A stretch of 64,000 nt of DNA, from NCBI GenBank assembly GCA_050015075.1, contig JBEKCB010000003.1, positions 1 through 64,000 of the forward strand. The letters run 5' to 3'. The stretch is from Candidatus Brocadiia bacterium (lineage in GTDB: Bacteria; Planctomycetota; Brocadiia; CAIUPP01). The notes beneath the pieces were generated by a model. It had not been told where the DNA came from. It ran no database searches and saw nothing but the letters and a program-made list of their open reading frames with translations. Each line of letters opens with the position of its first letter. Position 1 is the first letter of the stretch. The position numbers and the translations under genes are program-made. Below, one piece after another: positions 27,835 through 37,743 of the stretch.

Positions 27835-29054
27835 CCCGGCGTCCTTTCAGCCTGCGCGGTCCACCGCTGTTCGATGAGGCCCAGCGCGTGCTGCCGCGGA
27901 GGCAGGTTGCGCAGCCCGTCGAAGCCCGCCGGCTCGACTATGAAATTGTGCGCGTACGCCACGCGGTCGGCGCGCTGGCCGTTGTTGAATACGGCGATGT
28001 GGACATAACACGGCCCGGGGCTGATGCGCGCCGGCCCCGTGCAGCATTCGACGACGCCCTCCGTGGCCGGCGGCGCCGCGAACCCGCCCGCCGCGTCGCT
28101 GTCGAGAAAATAAATGCCGCCCCGGGTGTAATCGCCGATGCTCACGCGGAACACCAGCGCGCCCGGCGCTTTCGAAGCGCGATAGCCCATGCGAATCCGG
28201 ATGCGGTCGTTCGCGCCGATCACGGCGCGCGGCCCGTCCGGCGTCACACCCTCGACAGTCACGGAGGTGAACCGCACGCTTCCGTCTCCCTCGCGGTCGG
28301 TCCGGTCGGACAGCGGCCGGTCCGTCAGCCGGGCGGCGCCCTCGATGTAGCGGCCGACCACGGATGCGGTGTCGCCGATCTGCACGGTCTTTCCCTGGTC
28401 CAGCCAGTGCGCCCGGGTGCAAAGCGCCCGGATCGCCGCCATGTTATGGCTGACGAAAAGCACGGTCCTGCCCTCGCTGGCGGCGCTCTCCATCTTGCCG
28501 AGGCACTTGTTCTGAAACTCCGCGTCGCCGACGGCGAGGACCTCGTCCATGATCAGGATGTCGGTCTGGATATGCGCCGCGACGGCGAAAGCCAGGCGCA
28601 CGTACATGCCGGAGCTGTAGCGCTTGACCGGCACGTCTATGAACTCCTCCACGCCGCTGAAGGCGACAATCTCGTCGAAGCGTTTCCTGATCTCGGCCCG
28701 CTTCATGCCCAGGACGGCGCCGTTGAGATAGATATTTTCGCGGCCGGTGAGGTCGGGATGGAAGCCGGTGCCGACCTCGAGCATGCTGGCCACGCGCCCG
28801 TTGACTTCGATCCTTCCGCGCGTCGGCTTGGTGATCCGGCTGAGAATTTTAAGGAGCGTGCTCTTACCGCTGCCGTTCGGACCGATGATGCCGAGACATT
28901 CGCCGGGCTGCACCTCGAACGAGACGTCCTTCAGCGCCCAGAATTCGTCATCCGTGCGCTCGCGCCGGCCGAAGAGGCTCCAGAGCGTGCTCGTGCCGAA
29001 GCGCTTGTGGTAGCGCTTCCAGAGATGGTCCACGACGACGGCCGGCTTGCCCAT
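27831..29054 (-). CDS. wzt: Polysaccharide ABC transporter ATP-binding protein with Wzt C-terminal domain
   Basis: FWALKDVSF, GPNGSGKST, YSSGMYVRLAFAVA and DEVLAVGD motifs; ~170-aa C-terminal extension; start MGKPAV at 29054. Confidence 0.92.
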   Translation of the reverse strand: MGKPAVVVDHLWKRYHKRFGTSTLWSLFGRRERTDDEFWALKDVSFEVQPGECLGIIGPNGSGKSTLLKILSRITKPTRGRIEVNGRVASMLEVGTGFHPDLTGRENIYLNGAVLGMKRAEIRKRFDEIVAFSGVEEFIDVPVKRYSSGMYVRLAFAVAAHIQTDILIMDEVLAVGDAEFQNKCLGKMESAASEGRTVLFVSHNMAAIRALCTRAHWLDQGKTVQIGDTASVVGRYIEGAARLTDRPLSDRTDREGDGSVRFTSVTVEGVTPDGPRAVIGANDRIRIRMGYRASKAPGALVFRVSIGDYTRGGIYFLDSDAAGGFAAPPATEGVVECCTGPARISPGPCYVHIAVFNNGQRADRVAYAHNFIVEPAGFDGLRNLPPRQHALGLIEQRWTAQAERTPG

Positions 29055-29833
29055 CAGAGCACATCCGCAAAATAGCCCTCGGCCCGCCGGAAGAGGAGCA
29101 GGCCGCCGAGGAGCAGGAAGACGATCCACCCGAGCGAGATGGCCATGAGCGCCGCGTCCGGCGGCACGCCTTTGAGCAGTACGTTGCGGAAGCCGTCCAT
29201 GATGCCGACGGCGGGGTTCAGCCGGTAGAAGGGCATGAACCGCGCGGGCACGCTCGCCAGCGGATAGAAGATGGGCGTCGCGTAGAACCACAATTGCAGG
29301 AGCAGTCCCAGCGCGCTGCTGGCGTCGCGATAGAAGGCGTTGAACGTGGCCAGCCAGATGCCGATCCCCAGGATGAGCAGGACCTCCGCGGCCAGCAGCG
29401 GGAAGAACCACAGCATCTGCCACGTGGGCGCCACGTGAAACCAGGCCATGAGCCCGATGTAGATCACGGTGGAGAGGAGGAAATCCGCCACCGGCGGCGC
29501 CAGGGAAACGACGATGAATATCTCGCGCGGGATATAGATTTTCTGGATCAGGCCGGCATTGTTGACGATGCTGCTGGTGGCGCGGATGAGGCCGGTGCTG
29601 AACAGGCCCCACGGCAGCAGGACGGAGTAGATGAAGATCGGATAGGGATAATTCTCCGAAGGCACTTTCAGGAACCGCGTGAAGATGATCGTGAAGAGGA
29701 CCATCAGGCTCAGCGGCTGAATGATCGTCCAGGCGACGCCGAGGAAGGACTGCTTGAAGCGCACGCGAATCTCGCGCCAGGCGAGCTGCATGGCCGCTTC
29801 GCGGTAGTCCCACCATTCGCGCGCGCAGATCAT
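29054..29833 (-). CDS. wzm: Polysaccharide ABC transporter permease
   Basis: REIRVRFKQSFLGVAWTIIQPL, KIYIPRE, FYATPIFYP and LNP motifs; ATGA overlap at the start. Confidence 0.92.
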   Translation of the reverse strand: MICAREWWDYREAAMQLAWREIRVRFKQSFLGVAWTIIQPLSLMVLFTIIFTRFLKVPSENYPYPIFIYSVLLPWGLFSTGLIRATSSIVNNAGLIQKIYIPREIFIVVSLAPPVADFLLSTVIYIGLMAWFHVAPTWQMLWFFPLLAAEVLLILGIGIWLATFNAFYRDASSALGLLLQLWFYATPIFYPLASVPARFMPFYRLNPAVGIMDGFRNVLLKGVPPDAALMAISLGWIVFLLLGGLLLFRRAEGYFADVL

Positions 29834-30615
29834 GGCCCCGTCCTGTCCAGGTCTTTGTGGATCACCAGCTTGATCCAGAGCCGCCAGAGCCGCCACAGCG
29901 TCCGGAAGATTCGACGGAAGTTGAAGAACTGGCTGTGACCGTAAGCGCGGAACATGTGCCGCACGCCGACTTCCTCGAACCGCGCGCCGGTTTCCTGGAG
30001 CTTTTTGACCAGCTCGATGCAGATGCAGCCGGTGTCCTCGACCAGCCGGAACTTGCGGAGCGCGCTGCCGCGGATCAGCCGGAAATCGCAGTCCACGTCG
30101 CGGATCTTCAGCCCGAATGCAAGCTGGATGAAATGCTGGTACAGCAGGCCGATCCAGACGCGATAGAGCGGATCGTGCCGCTTCACCTTGTAGCCATTGA
30201 CGATGTCCGCCGCCGGCCCGGCCTTTTGCCAGAGCAGCCGAAGCTCGGCCACGTCGTACTGGTAATCGCCGTCGGTGTAGAAGACCCATTCGCCGCGCGC
30301 GGCGGCAAAGCCGCTCCGCAGCGCGCCGCCGTAGCCGCGGTTCTGGTCGTGGAAGATCAGCCGCAGGCGGGGATATCGAGGTTCGAGGGATTTCAGGATG
30401 GCGCGGCTGTGGTCGCTGCTGCCGTCGTCAATGACAATGACCTCGTAGCGGTCGGTGAGTTCGCGGGCCGCCAGGTCGGCCAGGGCGACGAGGCTGGCAA
30501 TCGTGCCGGCGTCGTTGTAGCAGGGGAAGAAGAGGCTGAGCACCGGCTGGGAATCCGCGCCGGCCGGCGGCGCCTGCGGGGCGATCGTGTCCATGCTCCG
30601 GGCTGACAGGCTCAT
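29830..30615 (-). CDS. GT2, DPM1-like polyprenyl-phosphate glycosyltransferase
   Basis: PCYND, IDDGSSD, NRGYGGALRSG, TDGDYQYD and RDVDCDFRL motifs. Confidence 0.88.
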   Translation of the reverse strand: MSLSARSMDTIAPQAPPAGADSQPVLSLFFPCYNDAGTIASLVALADLAARELTDRYEVIVIDDGSSDHSRAILKSLEPRYPRLRLIFHDQNRGYGGALRSGFAAARGEWVFYTDGDYQYDVAELRLLWQKAGPAADIVNGYKVKRHDPLYRVWIGLLYQHFIQLAFGLKIRDVDCDFRLIRGSALRKFRLVEDTGCICIELVKKLQETGARFEEVGVRHMFRAYGHSQFFNFRRIFRTLWRLWRLWIKLVIHKDLDRTGP

Positions 30616-31298
30616 GTGCGCACCTCGCCATGGGTCGCGGAGGACGATTCGGTGGCCTGGTCCGGCGTCTCCTGCGGCGCGCCGAAGACCCAGATCAGGC
30701 GCGGATCGGCGTGCGAGAGATCTTCGCCATTTCCGGCGGCCGGAACAACGCCGGGCGGAAGGTAATGGCGGTCCATCGGCAGCGTGCGGTCGAAGGCTGT
30801 GACGAGCACCTTTTCCGCCGCGCTCAACGGCAGATCCGAGACCGGCCTGACCGTCAGGCCGAGGAACTTCTGCCCGGCGAGCGCATCGTCGAACACGTCC
30901 GCGAGTTGCAGCTTCTGCTCCTGGATGCCCAGGTACGCGATCTCCGCCAGTTCGCTCGCGCCGAGGAACGCCACGCGCGTCACGCCCGACTTGCGCGCCT
31001 GGGCCAGCACCTCCGACGACCGGCGGCGCGCCTCGCGGTAGAACTGCATCGTGAAATCAATGAACTCGTACGTCAGCCGCGCCTTTTCGGCGATTCCTTT
31101 CGGCGTCAGAAAATAATCCCACCGGCGCGCGTGGTGCTTGCGGATGTCCAGCATGCCCTTCTGGACGAGCTGCTTGACGAGCGCGTGCGCCAGCTTCACG
31201 CTCACATCGAGCTTAGATGCCACCCGCCGATTTGTCAGAAGTGGCGTCTTCTCAACGTGATCCAGAATTTGCAAGGTATGGTATGCGTGTCGGTCCAT
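30612..31298 (-). CDS. EPS-locus-associated MarR-type winged HTH regulator with C-terminal Rossmann-like domain
   Basis: YFLTPKGIAEKARLTYEF, then VAFLGASELAEIAY; first gene of the glycan operon. Confidence 0.85.
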   Translation of the reverse strand: MDRHAYHTLQILDHVEKTPLLTNRRVASKLDVSVKLAHALVKQLVQKGMLDIRKHHARRWDYFLTPKGIAEKARLTYEFIDFTMQFYREARRRSSEVLAQARKSGVTRVAFLGASELAEIAYLGIQEQKLQLADVFDDALAGQKFLGLTVRPVSDLPLSAAEKVLVTAFDRTLPMDRHYLPPGVVPAAGNGEDLSHADPRLIWVFGAPQETPDQATESSSATHGEVRT

Positions 31299-31358
31299 CT
31301 ACACATCTCTGCCTTGAATAGGCACATCCGCAGAAGTAACGCTACCGTTCGTAACGAA

Positions 31359-31387
31359 AGTATATGCAACGTTTCACATAATGTCAA
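31359..31387 (-). promoter_or_regulatory. Sigma70-type promoter of the glycan operon
   Basis: Minus strand: TTGACA (31387-82), 17 bp, TATACT (31364-59). Short palindrome TTCGT-A-ACGAA at 31348-58 overlaps the likely start site. Confidence 0.75.
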
Positions 31388-31417
31388 GTCTTTTCGGTAA
31401 TGCGGTACGCGTAAGCC

Positions 31418-32854
31418 TTATTTGCCGGCCAGCTTCGACTGAAGCATGAAATAGTACGGCACGATGGCCAGTCCGCTCCAGTTGTCCGTCCTCTGGGTTG
31501 CCTCGAAGTTCTTCTGGATCTCGACGTCGTAGGGGGCCAGATCGGGCCACATTCGCAGAACCTGGACCTTCGTGTTCTTGTCGGTGGCGACCGTCATCTG
31601 GGGCGCCCCCGCGTCTTTGGGCTGTACGACAATATTGCCCTTGCCCGCCGCCGCGTCCCACTCCACGCTGACGATCGTGCCTCTCAAGGAACCGCGGCCG
31701 GTGGAGATCGGCTCCGACGTCCTCGAGTTCGGGAAGCAGGCGTTCACCGCTTCCGCCGTGCCGTCGCCGGGCTGGACCCAGACCGCCATTCCGGCCGCCG
31801 GCGCGGAGGGATCGCTTCCGGTCCAGGTGCTCTTGGCCGTGGCGATCAGGCGGGCGATATCCGCCTGGGTGAATACCAGGCCATGCTCGTAAGCGGCGAC
31901 GATGGCGGCGGTGTCGAGCCCGTAATATTCGTCGTTGGGGTGGACGCCTATCCAGTGCTTGGGGGTATGGTCTGTCTTGTAATCCCACGGGCCGGCCGGC
32001 TGCCAGTAATTCCAAATCTCGTACGTCCCGTCGCTCCTGGGCGTCATCCGGCTCTTCTGCACCTTGAACCACCTCTCCGCGCGGTCCTTATATTCCGGCT
32101 TGCCGGTCACGTCCCACATCGCGAGCATCCAGCGGGCGACCTCGTTGGCCTGGTTGTCGGGGTGCGAGAATCCGTGGCCGGGGTCGTTCCGGGTATCGAA
32201 GCCGATCCATTTCCGGTTGGCCTCGTCCATCCCGAAGGGCAGGACCACGGAGATCATCCCGCCGTCCTCGATCTCCCGCCAGCCGCCGCGCTTCACCCAC
32301 TTCTCGTAGAGCTGCTCGGCGAGCTTGAGATAACTCTCGCCTTTCGCGCCGTACTTTTCCTTCAGCGCGGGGTTCGTGGTCATCTCGCGGGCCAGGAGGA
32401 CGATCGGGCGGAACACCATCGCGTCGCTGATGAAGCTGTCGGTGTTGTACTCGTTCAGGTTGTCCACTCCGCTGCCCGCGTTGATGATCTTTGTCCGGCC
32501 CCACTGTCCGGGCCAGCCGAGGCAGCCGTCGGGCTCCATTACGGCCCGCTTGATCAGGGAGTCCGCCCAGTCCACCGCCATGTCCACGTACCGGGTGTCA
32601 TGGGTGGCCCGATAGCCGTTGTAGAAGCCCTCCATGACGGGCGTCACCAGCCAGGCGATTTCGCCGTCCTGGGCGGTGTCGCACGTGCGGTAGTCCTTAT
32701 CCACGCCGGAGATGAACTTGTCCCAGCGGGCGAGCCAGTCCTTTTGCTTCGCCTCGTCCATCTTCGTGAGCGTCATGGCCGGCGCGGTCTGCGCCTGGCA
32801 GAGAGCCGCCGCCAGCACAGACCCGGCGACGACCAGCGCAATCATCCTCTTCAT
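31418..32854 (-). CDS. Secreted hypothetical protein, probable (alpha/alpha)-barrel; paralog 1
   Basis: Signal peptide MKRMIALVV..; shares GY.ATxD..DWADS.IKR, HWxGVHPN and IVAAYEHGLVFT with the genes at 36.4-39.0 kb. Confidence 0.75.
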   Translation of the reverse strand: MKRMIALVVAGSVLAAALCQAQTAPAMTLTKMDEAKQKDWLARWDKFISGVDKDYRTCDTAQDGEIAWLVTPVMEGFYNGYRATHDTRYVDMAVDWADSLIKRAVMEPDGCLGWPGQWGRTKIINAGSGVDNLNEYNTDSFISDAMVFRPIVLLAREMTTNPALKEKYGAKGESYLKLAEQLYEKWVKRGGWREIEDGGMISVVLPFGMDEANRKWIGFDTRNDPGHGFSHPDNQANEVARWMLAMWDVTGKPEYKDRAERWFKVQKSRMTPRSDGTYEIWNYWQPAGPWDYKTDHTPKHWIGVHPNDEYYGLDTAAIVAAYEHGLVFTQADIARLIATAKSTWTGSDPSAPAAGMAVWVQPGDGTAEAVNACFPNSRTSEPISTGRGSLRGTIVSVEWDAAAGKGNIVVQPKDAGAPQMTVATDKNTKVQVLRMWPDLAPYDVEIQKNFEATQRTDNWSGLAIVPYYFMLQSKLAGK

Positions 32855-33963
32855 GCTTTTCCTTCTGCGAACACATTTTGCCACGTCCCGATCTCGCGGC
32901 CGTGTTTGAAGAAGTAGCAGAGTGTTTCGTAATTCACATCGGGCGGGATCGAATGGTCGGAGTGGAGGATATAGCCGCAGCCCTGGCGGAGGACCGCGGG
33001 GATTTTGCGCTCGAGTTCGGCGGCGACCTGCTTGCGGTCGTTCGAGATGAGCGTGCGCACGTCAATGCCGCCGAAAAAGCTGAGGCGGCCGGCGAATTTT
33101 TCGGCGAGGCGCACCACGTCCATGCCGGCCTTGACCTCCATGGCCTGCAGGCAGTCCATGCCCGCCTTCACGAGCCCCGGCACGAGCGGCTCCACGAAGC
33201 CGCATGAATGGACCATCACCGGCAGCTTGCGCGCGTGCGACCAGTCGAAGAGCAACTGGTGTCCGGGCTGCATGATCTCCTCGTACATCTGCGGCGACAT
33301 GAACGGCCTTTGCTTGAAGCCCATGTCCTCGTAGAAAAACATGCCGTCCGGCAGCCCCTCTTCGGCGAACAGGACTTCCAGGTGCATGAGCGTGAAGCGC
33401 GCATAGGTCATGACCATGTCCTTGACCCAGTCGGGATCGAGGGCCATGCCCATGAGCATGTATTCGTGTCCGCAGAGCGGGTGCATCTGCTCGAAGGGCG
33501 CCACGCCGGACCAGGCGAAGAAGCGCTGCTCGTCCGCGGCCTTCTTGCGTTCGTTGCGGTAGCTCTCGAACGGGATGCGGCGGCGGTCCAGCTTGACGAG
33601 GCGGTGCCTGGTGTGTTCCAGCCAGCCGGCCCGGTCCTTGACGGTGAAGTCCACGTGCTCGGGCGTGCTCTCGTGGAGCTTGTGCCGCCGGAGCTTGGCG
33701 CCGTTGCCGTCGAGCTGGAGGATCGTCTCGTCCGTCTCCTCGAGCGTGACCGGCTTGAAGTCGAGGTCGGCGGTGCTGTTGAGCCATCCGCCGGCGCGGA
33801 TATCGAAGTCGAAATGCCGGATGATGTCCTCGCCTTCCTTCAGGTGGCCCTCTTTGACGTAACGCTGGATCGTGGCGGCCCACGGCTCTTCGGTGCAGGG
33901 GACATGGTCCACGGGCTTGCGCAGAAGCGCGTTCATGAATCGCTCGCGGCTGGTCATGGGCAT
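32851..33963 (-). CDS. Uroporphyrinogen decarboxylase-family (MtaA/CmuA-like) protein
   Basis: MTSRERF..KPVDHVP, EDMG, MSP, HSCG, GGID and YILHSDHSIP motifs. Confidence 0.85.
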   Translation of the reverse strand: MPMTSRERFMNALLRKPVDHVPCTEEPWAATIQRYVKEGHLKEGEDIIRHFDFDIRAGGWLNSTADLDFKPVTLEETDETILQLDGNGAKLRRHKLHESTPEHVDFTVKDRAGWLEHTRHRLVKLDRRRIPFESYRNERKKAADEQRFFAWSGVAPFEQMHPLCGHEYMLMGMALDPDWVKDMVMTYARFTLMHLEVLFAEEGLPDGMFFYEDMGFKQRPFMSPQMYEEIMQPGHQLLFDWSHARKLPVMVHSCGFVEPLVPGLVKAGMDCLQAMEVKAGMDVVRLAEKFAGRLSFFGGIDVRTLISNDRKQVAAELERKIPAVLRQGCGYILHSDHSIPPDVNYETLCYFFKHGREIGTWQNVFAEGKA

Positions 33964-34021
33964 GGGATGGTCTTTCCTAATCGGGATTGGCCGCCGCACG
34001 AGAGTCGGGCGTCAAAGTCCA

Positions 34022-35299
34022 TCAGCTCTGGCGCTCGATCTCCTCGCGGGTGATCTGCACCCAGCGCACGACGCGCCGGGGCTCATGGCGGATGGTATTA
34101 TTGTCCTTCATAATCAGCTCCAGGTGGCAGCCGCGGGCCTTGGCGAGCGCGTCGCGCACGTCGCGCCGGACGGCCTCCTCGTCGAACTGTTCAGCCGCCA
34201 GCAGAGACGGAGCGGGCTTCAGCGAGTAGACGTAGCGGTCCTCCAGGTACTCCGCCATCTTCTGCCGATCGCACCAGGGCGAGACGCTGACTCGGCGCAG
34301 GTTGCGAATCTGCTTGATGATCGGCCAGCGCTCGTGCACCGGTTCGCAGCAGCCGTAACAGACCAGACCGAACCGCTCCAGGATCGGCTTCTGGTACCGG
34401 AACACGAACTCCTCGAACATGCGCGGAGACACCGCTACGGTCTCCTGGCTCTCCGACAGGCACCATAGATCTTTGGCGCGCGCGCGGCCGGCATAGTCCT
34501 TCGCCGGCAACTGCGCGGTCCATCCGAACCCGCCGGAGCCGACGTAGTCGCCCTCGTTGTTGAGCGTGTAAAGACCGTTCTTCTCCAGGAAGCTCACCAT
34601 GTCCATCGTCCCGTCGCGCAGGAAGGCCATGAGCCGGCGCAGCCCGTCCGGGTCGTCGCACAAGTCCATCATGAACTGTCCGAGGCCGCGAAGCTTGATC
34701 AATTCCCCCGTCATGCCCAGCGTCCAATACCAGCTCGCGCGCAGCCGCGGCGGAAGGAGGTCCCCGAAAACGTCCCGCGCCAATTCGAGCAGGCGGTCGG
34801 TGGCGGGCTTGTCCACGACGATCTTCTGGAACCGGAGCGCCGAGAGGTCCGCGAGGTCCTTCAGCGGAGCGATCCAGCGGCGCGCGCCGCCGTCCTGCCC
34901 GCCGATATTGATTTCGTGCATGCCCCAGTCGCTGCGGGAGTATATCCAGCCGAGGTCGAACCAGGGTTGGATGACCCGGTCGTCGTTCATCACCTCGCCC
35001 CAGTACACCTCCTTGCGCAGGCGGTGCTCCCAGCGGCGGGCGAGCGCGTGGGTGCAGCGGATCTGGTCGGGCGTGATGATCTCCTGCCAGCCGTTCTCCG
35101 GGTCGCAGAAGATCAGCGGGCGCGTTTTCCGGAGGTCGTTGTGCAGCGTCCAGAGCTTTTTCTTCTCCTGTTCCACGGGGCGCGCGGCGAGCTGCGCGAC
35201 GCGCCCGGCCAACTCGCGCAGAATGTCGCGTTCGGCGCGCGTGAGGGCGCTGTCCTCGACGTGCGTGTCCTCTATGAAAGCGGATGGCGCGTCGGCCAT
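34022..35299 (-). CDS. UroD/MetE-like TIM-barrel hypothetical protein
   Basis: SQETVAVSPRMFEEF, YGCCEP, RRVSVSPW and ELIMKD motifs. Confidence 0.75.
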   Translation of the reverse strand: MADAPSAFIEDTHVEDSALTRAERDILRELAGRVAQLAARPVEQEKKKLWTLHNDLRKTRPLIFCDPENGWQEIITPDQIRCTHALARRWEHRLRKEVYWGEVMNDDRVIQPWFDLGWIYSRSDWGMHEINIGGQDGGARRWIAPLKDLADLSALRFQKIVVDKPATDRLLELARDVFGDLLPPRLRASWYWTLGMTGELIKLRGLGQFMMDLCDDPDGLRRLMAFLRDGTMDMVSFLEKNGLYTLNNEGDYVGSGGFGWTAQLPAKDYAGRARAKDLWCLSESQETVAVSPRMFEEFVFRYQKPILERFGLVCYGCCEPVHERWPIIKQIRNLRRVSVSPWCDRQKMAEYLEDRYVYSLKPAPSLLAAEQFDEEAVRRDVRDALAKARGCHLELIMKDNNTIRHEPRRVVRWVQITREEIERQS

Positions 35300-35326
35300 G
35301 GTCCTGTTCCTTTCCGCATTCGCGCT

Positions 35327-36316
35327 CTACGCCAGGATACGATCAATCTGTTGCAGTTCCTCGGCGGCGAATTTGAGGTTCGCGAGGGCGCCGACGTTTT
35401 GCTCGATCTGGCTGACCTTGCTGGCGCCGACGAGGGCCGAGGTGACTTTGCCCCCGCGCAAGACCCACGCGAGCGCCATCTGCGCCAGGCTCTGCCCGCG
35501 CGCCTTGGCCAGCTTGTTGAGCTTGCGGATCTTCGCCAGCTTGTCTTTCGTGATCGCCGCCGGCTTCAGGAACCCGCTGGGCTTGGCCGCGCGGGAATCG
35601 GCGGGTATGCCGGCGAGATATCGGTCCGTCAACAGCCCCTGCGCCAGCGGACAGAACGCGATGGAGCCGATCCCTTCGCGCTGAAGGACGTCCTGGAGTC
35701 CTTCTTCGATCCATCGGCTGAACATGGAGTAACTGGGCTGATGGATGAGGCAGGGCGTGCCGAGAGACCGCATAATGCGCGCGGCCTCCGCGGTCTGCTC
35801 CGCGCTGTAGGAGGAGATGCCCGCGTAAAGGGCCTTGCCCCGGCGGACCGCGGCGTCGAGCGCGCCCATGGTTTCCTCCAACGGCGTGTTCGGATCGGGC
35901 CGATGCGAGTAGAAGATGTCCACGTACTCCAGCCCCATGCGCTGCAGGCTCTGGTCAAGGCTCGCCAGCAGGTATTTGCGCGAGCCCCACTCGCCGTAAG
36001 GCCCCGGCCACATCAGGTAGCCGGCCTTGGTCGAGACGATCAATTCGTCGCGGTGCGCCGCAAGGTCCTTCCGGAAGATCGCCCCGAAGTTCTCTTCCGC
36101 CGAACCCGGCGGCGGGCCGTAATTGTTGGCGAGGTCGAAGTGCGTGATGCCCAGGTCGAAGGCGCGGCGGACCATCGCGCGCTGGTTCTCGAGGGAGTCA
36201 ATGCCGCCGAAGTTATGCCACAGCCCGAGCGAGATGGCCGGCAGCGACAGGCCGCTCCGTCCGCAGCGGTTGTATTTCATCTTCGAATAACGGGACTCGA
36301 CGGGAGACCAGGTCAT
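35327..36316 (-). CDS. mgrA: L-glyceraldehyde 3-phosphate reductase (aldo/keto reductase)
   Basis: SLGLWHNFGG, THFDLANNYGPPPGSAEENFG, STKAGYLMWPGPYGEWGSRKYL and IHQPSYSM motifs. Confidence 0.93.
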   Translation of the reverse strand: MTWSPVESRYSKMKYNRCGRSGLSLPAISLGLWHNFGGIDSLENQRAMVRRAFDLGITHFDLANNYGPPPGSAEENFGAIFRKDLAAHRDELIVSTKAGYLMWPGPYGEWGSRKYLLASLDQSLQRMGLEYVDIFYSHRPDPNTPLEETMGALDAAVRRGKALYAGISSYSAEQTAEAARIMRSLGTPCLIHQPSYSMFSRWIEEGLQDVLQREGIGSIAFCPLAQGLLTDRYLAGIPADSRAAKPSGFLKPAAITKDKLAKIRKLNKLAKARGQSLAQMALAWVLRGGKVTSALVGASKVSQIEQNVGALANLKFAAEELQQIDRILA

Positions 36317-36421
36317 GGAGTTCCTTTCTCATCGAAACGGGAATTTCCCGGACGGTGCGGCGCCAATGCCACGGATAGTCTGACGACCGCGGCCGCCTCC
36401 GTCAAGCGCTTTTTCGGCGGC

Positions 36422-37705
36422 TTACCGGCCGGCTTCGGACTTCCGGCTGAGGCGAGTGACCCATTCAGGCGTCCATATGCCCTCCCAGCCGCTCGGATCG
36501 AAGTTGGCTTCAAAAATCTTCAGCAGCGTCGGGTCGTAGGGCGTCAAGGCGACCCAGAGCACCCCGGGCGGCACTTTCGGAGCGGGCTCTCTGTCGTCAA
36601 TCCGCTTGAATTTTGCGTCCTTGATTTGCTTGTTCCACATGAAGTCCCGGTTGGTGGCGATGAGGCGGGCGATGTCCTCTTTCGTGAAGACCAGGCCATG
36701 CTCGTACGCCGCCACGATCCCTTCCAGATCATCCGCGTAGTACCCGCCGTTCGGGTGCACGCCCACCCAGTGCTTGATCGAGCCGTCCGGGTTACGGTCC
36801 CACGGCACGTTCGCGTCCCAGTAGTTCCAGACGAAATACTTGCCGTCCTCCCGGAGTTTCATGTGAGACTTCATCGTCTGGAACCACTTCTCGGCCCGTT
36901 CGCGGTAAATCGGTTTGTGCGTCACGTCGTACATGGCGAGGATCCACTTGGTGATCTGGTTTTCCTTGTTCGCGGGCAGGGAGTTGCCGTCCGTGTTTCT
37001 TCTTTCATATCCGTCGAGTTCGGTCCATTGGCCGGTCTTCGGGTCAAGCCCGAAGGGCGGGACGACCCAGATGCCGCCTTCCTTCGTATCGCGCCAGGCG
37101 CCGCGCGAATTCCATTTATCGAACGTCCGCTCGGAAAGCCGGAGGTATTCCTCGGCCTTGGCGCCGTACTCTTTCTTCAGGGCCGGCGTCCTGAGAATCT
37201 CGCCGGCCATCATCACCAGCGGGCGAAGGAACATCGCATCGCACAGCTCGGTGTCCGTGTAGCGCTCCTTCATGCCGGGAGGAAGATACTCGAGGACGCC
37301 GTCGTCCTCTTCCTTGGGCCAGCCGATGTACCCGTCCGGCTCTTTGACGCCGCGCTTGATGACGGAGTCGGCCCAGTCTATCAGGTGGTCCACCCACTCG
37401 CGGTCGCCCGTGGCCATGTAGCCGTAGTAGAAGCCGTTCAGGAACGGAGTGACGGCCCAGCCGATGGACTCGCCCGTTTCCTTGTCGCAGTAGCGGTTCT
37501 TGCGGATCTCGCCGAGGATGTTCTGCTTCCAACGGCTCATCCATTCTTTTGCGAGCGCCGGATCCATGGTCGCTCTTCCCTGAACGGCCGCTCCTGTCGC
37601 CGCGTCCTTCGGCTGGCCCTGGGCGATGGAAAGGCCCGTCAGCAGTCCCATCCCGATCACCGCGAGCAATCCACGCGTCGCGCCGCCATGCAATCTCTGC
37701 GACAT
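36422..37705 (-). CDS. Secreted hypothetical protein, paralog 2
   Basis: Leader MSQRLHGGATRGLL; long blocks near-identical to 37744-39015. Confidence 0.78.
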   Translation of the reverse strand: MSQRLHGGATRGLLAVIGMGLLTGLSIAQGQPKDAATGAAVQGRATMDPALAKEWMSRWKQNILGEIRKNRYCDKETGESIGWAVTPFLNGFYYGYMATGDREWVDHLIDWADSVIKRGVKEPDGYIGWPKEEDDGVLEYLPPGMKERYTDTELCDAMFLRPLVMMAGEILRTPALKKEYGAKAEEYLRLSERTFDKWNSRGAWRDTKEGGIWVVPPFGLDPKTGQWTELDGYERRNTDGNSLPANKENQITKWILAMYDVTHKPIYRERAEKWFQTMKSHMKLREDGKYFVWNYWDANVPWDRNPDGSIKHWVGVHPNGGYYADDLEGIVAAYEHGLVFTKEDIARLIATNRDFMWNKQIKDAKFKRIDDREPAPKVPPGVLWVALTPYDPTLLKIFEANFDPSGWEGIWTPEWVTRLSRKSEAGR

Positions 37706-37743
37706 ATTGGTCCTTTCAGAAGCGCCGCAAGGGCGACGATAAT

